Made by a program: the position numbers and the translations under genes. This document shows positions 57,665 to 64,000 of a DNA stretch of 64,000 nucleotides, piece by piece. The stretch covers positions 704,001 to 768,000 of the forward strand of contig CAVZLN010000006.1 of the NCBI GenBank assembly GCA_963776245.1, in the 5' to 3' direction. The stretch's first letter is position 1; each line of letters begins with the position of its first letter. The notes below the pieces were generated by a model that saw only the letters and a program-made list of their open reading frames with translations, did no database searches and was not told where the DNA came from. The stretch comes from Candidatus Eiseniibacteriota bacterium (GTDB taxonomy: Bacteria; Eisenbacteria; RBG-16-71-46).

Positions 57665-58810
57665 TCAGCCGGCTGGCCGCCGGCCCAGCACCAGAACGGT
57701 GAGGTCGTCGGCGAGTTCGGCGCCGCCACGGTGGACGCTGACCGCGTCGAGCAGGCGCTCGAGCAGACGGGCCGGGTCCGCGGCCGCGTGGTCGGCGAGC
57801 AGCGCCCGCAGGCGTTCCTCGCCGAACATCGCCGCGTCGGGGGCCATCGCCTCGATCAGGCCATCGGTGTAGAGGAGCAGCGTGTCCCCGGGCGCCAGCG
57901 ACGCGACCGCGGTCTCGCACGACGAAGCGCCGCCCGTCTCGCGCGGCACGACCCCTTCCAGCCCGAGCGGCAGGCCTCCGCCGTCGTCGAGTCTCTCGAC
58001 CTCGCCCGAGGCGCGCAGCACGAACGGTGGGCAGTGTCCCGCGCGGGCATAGGCGATCGATCCGGTGGAGGGACCGAGCGTGACCCAGCACGCGGTCGCG
58101 AAGTGTCCGTCGGGCAGATTGCCACTCAGCCGGCAGTCGAGCGCGGCGAGCACCGTCCGCGGATCGGCGGGCGCCAGCGGCTCGGTGTGGAGCAGCGCAC
58201 GCAGCATGGCCATCACCACCGCGGCCGGCGTGCCGTGGCCCGAGGCGTCGGCCACCACCACTCCGAGCGCACCGCCGGGAAGCGCGAAGAAGTCGTAGTA
58301 GTCCCCTCCCGCGCGCGTGCTGGTCGCGTAATGCACCGCGATGCCCCAGCCGGGGAACTGCGGTGGCCGCGCCGGCAGCAGCCCGCGCTGGAGCTCGCCC
58401 ACCGCGTGCAGCTCGCGATCGAGGCCATGCCAAGCCGCCTCGAGCTGCTCGCGCAGCGCGCGCTCGCGGACCAAACCACGCCGCAGCCAGTAGATCGCCG
58501 TCGCCACCACGGCATTCACGCCCGACTCGATCGCGGCGTTCCAGAGCATCAGCCACGACGGCCCCAGATGTCGCGAGGACGGCAGGGTGGCGGCCGCGAA
58601 CCAGCCGATGCCGGCCAACACCGCCATCGCCAGCCCGGGGCCGAGCCCACCGAACCACGCGGCGTAACCGACCGGGAAGAGGTAGAAGAGCGACAGCGAG
58701 AGCTCGCTGCCGGTGCGCACGTCGGCGGCGAACACCGCGACCACCAGCACCGCGGAGAACACGCGGTGCGCCCACTGGCGGGTCGCGCGGGTCGCTGGAA
58801 GGCCAGACAT
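57665..58810 (-). CDS. membrane-anchored PP2C/SpoIIE (RsbU-like) phosphatase
   Basis: N-terminal TM helices; GGDYYD, VADASGHG, AGH, YTDGL, DDLT. Confidence 0.92.
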   Translation of the reverse strand: MSGLPATRATRQWAHRVFSAVLVVAVFAADVRTGSELSLSLFYLFPVGYAAWFGGLGPGLAMAVLAGIGWFAAATLPSSRHLGPSWLMLWNAAIESGVNAVVATAIYWLRRGLVRERALREQLEAAWHGLDRELHAVGELQRGLLPARPPQFPGWGIAVHYATSTRAGGDYYDFFALPGGALGVVVADASGHGTPAAVVMAMLRALLHTEPLAPADPRTVLAALDCRLSGNLPDGHFATACWVTLGPSTGSIAYARAGHCPPFVLRASGEVERLDDGGGLPLGLEGVVPRETGGASSCETAVASLAPGDTLLLYTDGLIEAMAPDAAMFGEERLRALLADHAAADPARLLERLLDAVSVHRGGAELADDLTVLVLGRRPAG

Positions 58811-58919
58811 GGGTGTGGTCGTGCGCGGCTCGCGCCGGGTCGATCCCGGTTCGCGGCCCGCGGTCGGACTCGCCCAGACTAGCGCCGCGGCGTCCTCCGA
58901 ACGTCAGGAAAACCCCAAC

Positions 58920-59729
58920 TCATCCCGGGGCGCCGGCCGGCGGCGCATCCGCGGCGCGCTCTCCGCGCACGCCGTCCCGCTCGACATCGGTGGGCAACCC
59001 GCCGACGCCGCGGAGCGTGAGTCCCACGGCGCCCTCCGGCGCGCCCTCGACGATCCGCACGCCGATGCCCGCGACCTCGAGCGAGGTGCTCCCGTCGGCC
59101 CGTGCCAACGGGTGCGCGCCGAGCAGGTCCGCGTACGCCAGCGCGGTCCATGCCACGTCGGCCGTCTGCACCGTCACTTCCGCCACGGCGCCCGCGCGAT
59201 TGGCGTGCGCGCAGGCCGCGGGGTCGGGCGGTACGCGCCACTCGCGCGGGGTGAGGTCCTCGATCAGCATCGGCAGACCGTCGGCGGCCGGCAGCACCAG
59301 GGTCCACTCGAGTCGCACGCCATCCGGCCGCTCGCGCGTCATCGTGACCGGGCCGGTCATCACGAACCCGCGCCGCCGCGACTCCGCCGCGAAGCGCGCG
59401 AGCCCGGTGGCGCGCAGCGCCAGATCGCGCACTCCCGGCGGACCCACCAGGCGCGGCAGGAAGCGCCTCCCGATCGCCGGTCCGCGGCGCAGCTCGGCCG
59501 CCCAGCCGGGCCGCCGGCTGCGCATCCGGAGCGACTGGTCGGCCTCCTCGTCCCGCGGCGCGAGCAACTCGAGATAGCCGCCGTCCGCCAGCACCACCAG
59601 CGCGTTCGCGCTCGGCAGCGCGTCATGCCGGCCGCCGGGCCTGACCACGAACCCGGCCGCGGCGTAACGCTGCACGGCGTCGTCGAGCGAGGGGACCACC
59701 ACTACCGCGTGATCGAAGGCGACCTGCAT
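58920..59729 (-). CDS. VOC/glyoxalase-like protein
   Basis: FDHAVVVV, PGGRH, YLELL, RERPDG-x2-LEW, HAN. Confidence 0.85.
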   Translation of the reverse strand: MQVAFDHAVVVVPSLDDAVQRYAAAGFVVRPGGRHDALPSANALVVLADGGYLELLAPRDEEADQSLRMRSRRPGWAAELRRGPAIGRRFLPRLVGPPGVRDLALRATGLARFAAESRRRGFVMTGPVTMTRERPDGVRLEWTLVLPAADGLPMLIEDLTPREWRVPPDPAACAHANRAGAVAEVTVQTADVAWTALAYADLLGAHPLARADGSTSLEVAGIGVRIVEGAPEGAVGLTLRGVGGLPTDVERDGVRGERAADAPPAGAPG

Positions 59730-59849
59730 GCGCGGCAGGATACGCGATGCCAGCGTTCGCGCGGCACCCGGGCCGGGGCGCGGCCGGCCCGCCCGTTTCG
59801 CATCCGGGCCGCGGGGCGGGTACTCTTCCGCGCTCGAGGAGGAACACCC

Positions 59850-61151
59850 ATGTCCCATCGCAAGAAGCTCGCGATCCTGGTGGGCGGCGGGCCCGCGCCC
59901 GGGATCAATGCCGTGATCGGTGCCGCCACCATCCGCGCCGCGCTCGATGGCGTCGAGGTGCTCGGGATCGAGGACGGGTTCGAGTGGATCATGCAGGGCA
60001 ACATCGACCATGTGCGGCCGCTCACCATCGAGGGCACCAGCCGCATCCACTTCCGTGGCGGCTCGCACATCGGCATCTCGCGCGCCAATCCCACCAAGAG
60101 CCCCGACCTGCTCGAGAACGCGATCATCTCGCTGCTGCGCCTCAATGTCTCCGACCTCATCACCATCGGCGGCGACGACACCGCGTTCTCGGCGATGAAG
60201 CTCGAGGAGAAGTCGGCTGGACGCATCCACGTGGTGCACGTGCCCAAGTCGATCGACAACGACCTCGACCTGCCTCCGCACGTCGACACGTTCGGCTACC
60301 AGACCGCCCGCCACATCGGCGTGGACCTGCTCAAGAACCTGATGGTCGACGCCAAGACCACGTCGCGCTGGTATTACGTCATCGCCATGGGCCGCAAGGC
60401 CGGCCATCTGGCGCTGGGCATGGGCAAGGCCGCGGGGGCGACCCTCACCCTCATCCCCGAGGAGTTCCAGTCACGGCCGTTGCGGTTGAAGACCGTGGTG
60501 GACACGCTGGTCGGCGCCCACCTCAAGCGCCTGTCCGACGGGCGCCGGGATGGCGTCGCGGTGATCGCCGAGGGTGTGGTGCTGGCGATCGACCCGCAGG
60601 ACTTCGCGGGCATGGACAACGTCGAGCGCGACGCGCACGGGCACATCCGGATCGCCGAAGTGGACTTCGGCGAGATCCTCAAGAAGGCGGTGCAGAAGCG
60701 GCTCAAGGAGTTCAGCATCAGCAGCACGATCGTGGCCAAGAACGTCGGCTACGAGCTGCGGTGCGCGGATCCCATCCCGTTCGACATGGAGTACGCCCGC
60801 GATCTCGGCTACTGCGCGTCGAAGTACCTGATCAGCGGCGCCAACGCGGCCGTCGTCACCATGCAGGGTGGGGAGTTCGTGCCCTTGCCGTTCGGGACCA
60901 TGCTCGACCCCGAGACCGGCCGGGCGCGCATCCGCATGGTGGACCTGAGGTCGGCGCGCTACGCGATCGCGCGGCGCTACATGATCCGCATCCGCCGCGA
61001 CGACTTCGACGATCCGCACGCACTGGCGAAGTTCGCGGCCACCGCGCACATGCCGCTCGAGCGGTTCAAGGAGGAGTTCGGCGCGCTCATCGACGAGGAG
61101 CCGCCGTCGCTGGTGCTCGAAGGCCTCAAGGCGGACCCCGGGTCACGATAG
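59850..61151 (+). CDS. pfp: pyrophosphate-dependent phosphofructokinase
   Basis: GGGPAPGIN, GGDD (Asp typical of PPi-type), PKSIDND, MGR, GYELRC. Confidence 0.9.
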   Translation: MSHRKKLAILVGGGPAPGINAVIGAATIRAALDGVEVLGIEDGFEWIMQGNIDHVRPLTIEGTSRIHFRGGSHIGISRANPTKSPDLLENAIISLLRLNVSDLITIGGDDTAFSAMKLEEKSAGRIHVVHVPKSIDNDLDLPPHVDTFGYQTARHIGVDLLKNLMVDAKTTSRWYYVIAMGRKAGHLALGMGKAAGATLTLIPEEFQSRPLRLKTVVDTLVGAHLKRLSDGRRDGVAVIAEGVVLAIDPQDFAGMDNVERDAHGHIRIAEVDFGEILKKAVQKRLKEFSISSTIVAKNVGYELRCADPIPFDMEYARDLGYCASKYLISGANAAVVTMQGGEFVPLPFGTMLDPETGRARIRMVDLRSARYAIARRYMIRIRRDDFDDPHALAKFAATAHMPLERFKEEFGALIDEEPPSLVLEGLKADPGSR

Positions 61152-61244
61152 CGCAGCGCGGCGTCAGTCCGGCGCCGGCGCTGTCGCCGCGCGCGCATAT
61201 GCCCGGTGGGCGGCGCGCAGCGCCACCCGTTCACGGCACCGGGA

Positions 61245-61616
61245 TCAGTTCGTCGTGCGCGCCGCGGACTTGCGCCGAGGCGCCGATGGTTGGGCCGGCC
61301 GGCGGTCGACGAATTCCGTCGCGCGGCCGATCCACTTCCGCAGCGCCGGAAGGGAGGCCACTCCCGCGGCATCCACGAACAGGAAGCCCTTCATCGGCCG
61401 GCCGGTGAAGTCCATCGGGCGGACATGGGGCTCGCGCAACCATCGGGCCGCGAGCGCCGGATCGACACGGACCATGAGGCTGCTCCGCGTCACCCCGCAG
61501 CACATGTGCCCGCGGACCATGAAGGCGATGCCGCCGAACATGAGCTTCTCGGCGACATCCTTGCGGGTCTGGAGCACGAGGCGGATGCGCCCCGCCAGCT
61601 TCTCGTCGAATGCCAT
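61245..61616 (-). CDS. TfoX/Sxy N-terminal domain protein
   Basis: EKLMFGG-x-AFMV-x-G-x-MCCG, LMVRV, FTGRPMKG. Confidence 0.9.
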   Translation of the reverse strand: MAFDEKLAGRIRLVLQTRKDVAEKLMFGGIAFMVRGHMCCGVTRSSLMVRVDPALAARWLREPHVRPMDFTGRPMKGFLFVDAAGVASLPALRKWIGRATEFVDRRPAQPSAPRRKSAARTTN

Positions 61617-61685
61617 CGTTCACCTTCCGGTCCGAGGTCGATTCCCGATGCGGCCCGCCCGCGTGGGGGTCGCCCCACGCGCCGA

Positions 61686-62501
61686 CTATCCAGCGTGGGT
61701 GCAGAACACGTCGAAATGACGCCACTTCATCACATCGCCGCTCGCGACGACCGGGCCGCGGTAGTCGGATTCGCTCTCGATCTTCCGGACCGTGTACCCC
61801 AGCCCGGTGAGGAACCGGAGCAGCGCCACGCGCTGCGCTTCGGTCAGGTGCCGGAACACCTCGGCCCGGATGCACGGCCGCCGTTCCTCGATCAGGCTCG
61901 CCAGGGACGTCAGGACCGCGAGGTCGTAGCCCTCGGTGTCCACCTTGATGTACTTCAGCCGCGGCAGCAGTTCGGGAAGATGACTCCGCAGGTAGGCGTG
62001 CAGGTTCCTGCCCTGGACCGCGAGCTTGAACGCATGCGCGTGGCGCCACCGGCTGATCCCCTCGTGACGGCCGCCATTGCAGAACCCGGGATCCGAATAC
62101 TCGAACTCGAATTCCCCGTCCTGCGGCGTGGCGGCGAACATCAGCGGCAGGATCCGCGTCCGGCCCCGGTTCAGCGCGGCGTTCCGCTCCAGCACCGGGA
62201 ACACGTACCGGTTGGGCTCCAGCGCCACCACGCAACCCGCGGCACCGGTGACCAACGCCATCGGGATGCTGGTATCACCGGTGTGGGCGCCGATGTCGAT
62301 CGCGACGTCCCCCGGGGCGAGGAATGTGCGCAGGGCGTCGATGGAATCCTGCGTGATCGCCTTGGGCGTCTCCCGCGGGTGCGTCCACTGTGCGTACTCG
62401 ACGCGCCCCTCCCGCGGCAGGTCGAAGCTTCGCAGCTCGATCCCGTAGGTCCTGGGGCCCGGCCGGAGGCCCAGCGCGTACAGCAATTCCCGTGGATTCA
62501 C
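61686..62501 (-). CDS. FkbM family methyltransferase
   Basis: IDIGAHTG, ALEPN, IKVDTEGYD. Confidence 0.9.
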   Translation of the reverse strand: MNPRELLYALGLRPGPRTYGIELRSFDLPREGRVEYAQWTHPRETPKAITQDSIDALRTFLAPGDVAIDIGAHTGDTSIPMALVTGAAGCVVALEPNRYVFPVLERNAALNRGRTRILPLMFAATPQDGEFEFEYSDPGFCNGGRHEGISRWRHAHAFKLAVQGRNLHAYLRSHLPELLPRLKYIKVDTEGYDLAVLTSLASLIEERRPCIRAEVFRHLTEAQRVALLRFLTGLGYTVRKIESESDYRGPVVASGDVMKWRHFDVFCTHAG

Positions 62502-62523
62502 CGCGGGAGACCGAATCGCATGG

Positions 62524-63054
62524 TCAGCGTCCGGCGGGCGCGAGGAAGCACGCCCTCACGACCGAGAGGAGCGTGCCGCACAGGCCCAGGATGCAGAGGC
62601 CCGCGCCGGGAACCGCGAGAAACGAGAGCGACTCCTTGGCGACGTCGGTGCTTCCGCATCCGGGAGCCGAGAATCCCGCGACGAACCAGAACAGCGGGTA
62701 GATGAGGGCCCCGCAACCGAATGCCAGTGCGCTCATCTTCGCGAGCGGCCCCGGACGGCACAGCAGCACGAGGGTCAGGATCGAGGAGAGGGCCGCCGTT
62801 CCGATCGCGCCCGCATGCAGGTGCGCCCGCTGCAAGAGCCCCCACGACCGCCTGACGACGGCGTCCTTGGCCGCCACGTCTCCCTTGTACACCGATTGAA
62901 GGACGGCGGTCCCGGAGTCGTCGAGGTGCTTCTTGATCGGATCCTCCAGGGCGCCAAAGGCCCCGCCGAGTGCAAAGCCACACAGGATCGCCAGCAGCGC
63001 AAGACAGGCGGCCACGGCGATGGACGTTGGAACCGTACGCGGCGGAGTCTCCAT
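62524..63054 (-). CDS. conserved hypothetical membrane protein with RAHLH motif
   Basis: About 4 TM segments; SW-x2-LQRAHLHAGAIG; GAGGA RBS. Confidence 0.7.
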   Translation of the reverse strand: METPPRTVPTSIAVAACLALLAILCGFALGGAFGALEDPIKKHLDDSGTAVLQSVYKGDVAAKDAVVRRSWGLLQRAHLHAGAIGTAALSSILTLVLLCRPGPLAKMSALAFGCGALIYPLFWFVAGFSAPGCGSTDVAKESLSFLAVPGAGLCILGLCGTLLSVVRACFLAPAGR

Positions 63055-63164
63055 GTGCGCAGTCCTCTCCCCATGGTGTGCAGTGCGCGGTCGGCCCGAA
63101 GTGATTCGACCCGTCCACGACTCCCCGATGGACGACGACACCGGCGGACGGTCGTACCGCGGCC

Positions 63165-63386
63165 CTAGTCCTCCTCCGGCATGATCACCCAGAGGAGGAT
63201 GTACACGAGGATGCCGGGAAACGCGGCCGAGACGATCGAGATGACGACGTAGAGGACCCGCGCGAGAGTGGGGTCGAGACCGAAGTAGTGGGCGAGTCCG
63301 GCGACGACGCCGGCGATCTTGCGGTCCGACCGCGACCGCCGCAGTGGAGCCTTCTGACCCGGCACGGGATCCTCCTCCCCGATCAT
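63165..63386 (-). CDS. pspC: PspC domain protein
   Basis: LRRSRSDRKIAGVVAGLAHYFGLDPTLAR...YILLWVIMP. Confidence 0.93.
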   Translation of the reverse strand: MIGEEDPVPGQKAPLRRSRSDRKIAGVVAGLAHYFGLDPTLARVLYVVISIVSAAFPGILVYILLWVIMPEED

Positions 63387-63637
63387 CCTGACACTGGACC
63401 GGCGCGCAGTCGGTTCTCGATCGCCTTCCGCACCTCTTGCGCGGAGGGTAGCACGCCGAGGAAGGCCAGCGGACCGCCGCTGAGGATCACGTCACCATCC
63501 ATGAGGACGGTGAACTCCCCGTAGTGGCCCTCCACCATCTTCACATCGAGATGCAGGTCGCGTCTCACCGACGCCGCCACCCGGGCGGCATAGAGGGCGG
63601 TGATTCAGTAGCCGCAGCGGCGAATGGTGACTGGCAT
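63383..63637 (-). CDS. Rdx/SelW-family selenoprotein (84 aa, CGYU; Sec codon TGA at 63605-63607)
   Basis: ORFs 63605..63823 and 63383..63580 are in frame across one TGA that sits 3 codons after Cys; G-x2-GEFTV-x2-DG and P-x3-E Rdx pattern; GGGGGAG RBS. Confidence 0.85.
63565..63603 (-). promoter_or_regulatory. bacterial SECIS-like stem-loop
   Basis: After UGA: UCACCG/CGGUGA lower stem, AUGCCGCC/GGCGGCGU upper stem, loop CGGGU starting 21 nt after UGA. Confidence 0.7.
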
Positions 63638-63829
63638 CGGGATCTCCCCCTGCGTGTCCGACGTCACTGACCCTCGGTCTGCTCCGGCGGGGCTGCGGGC
63701 ATCGACCTCGAGTGGAACGCGCCTGCTCCCCCGTGAGCCCGGACTCAGCCGGGCGGCGGTCTGAGTGATCTGCGGGGTGTCGATCATCAGGAGCGTCCTC
63801 CGGTCTGAAGAAGTCGGGACCACCGGCCC

Positions 63830-64000
63830 CTACCCCTTCGCCAGATTCCTCAGCACGGTCTGCAGGATGCCGCCGTTCCGGAAGTAGTCGACGTCCACCG
63901 GCGTGTCGAGACGCGCGATCGCGGTGAACGTGATCGTGGAACCGTCCGCGCGCGCGGCCTTCACCGTGACCTTCTGGCGCGGCGCCAGGCCGCCGGCGAG
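63830..64000 (-). CDS. acnA: aconitate hydratase A, 3' end only
   Basis: Hand translation ...TFTAIARLDTPVDVDYFRNGGILQTVLRNLAKG*. Confidence 0.88.
   Translation of the reverse strand, partial: LAGGLAPRQKVTVKAARADGSTITFTAIARLDTPVDVDYFRNGGILQTVLRNLAKG

Noticed and set aside
61160..63830. Integron-like cassette array of small same-strand genes
   Set aside because: No repeated attC-like elements or integrase seen; only isolated hairpins.

Overview
High-GC bacterial DNA (roughly 70%+ by eye), densely coding, about 60 genes. Secreted proteins ending in FlgD-Ig/T9SS-like C-terminal domains or in a W-G-x2-K-x2-Y-R tail suggest Candidatus Eisenbacteria or a related lineage (inference). Many conserved genes (ligA, polX, pruA, patatin, kinase, RND pump, kdpC/D, porin) are split by single-base indels, most likely uncorrected long-read errors. 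Contents in order: MEMO protein; EVE-ligA-polX; Hpt; pruA; PHP hydrolase and patatin-Omp85; PQQ sugar dehydrogenase; DAACS symporter; cupredoxin; zincin peptidase plus ATP-grasp ligase; YceI; LeuD-LeuC-type fused aconitase; a lower-GC islet with tandem membrane paralogues; pilT plus a DUF4388-pseudo-PilT; HtrA; Ser/Thr kinase; MoaD plus beta-propeller; amidase with a Tat-signal small partner; ECF-ZAS sigma divergent from TolC-MFP-RND-PII-YgaP; a kdp operon with a porin and two micro-proteins; SpoIIE; PPi-PFK; small accessory genes; the 3' end of acnA. Best leads: (1) an uncalled Rdx/SelW-type selenoprotein (CxxU, in-frame TGA, SECIS-like hairpin) coupled to pspC; (2) a PATAN/DUF4388 domain fused to a catalytically dead PilT copy and coupled to pilT; (3) a shared C-terminal sorting-like motif; (4) the ECF-ZAS/RND/PII/YgaP module; (5) a possible Tat-hitchhiking amidase. 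No rRNA, tRNA, CRISPR array or transposase was recognised.
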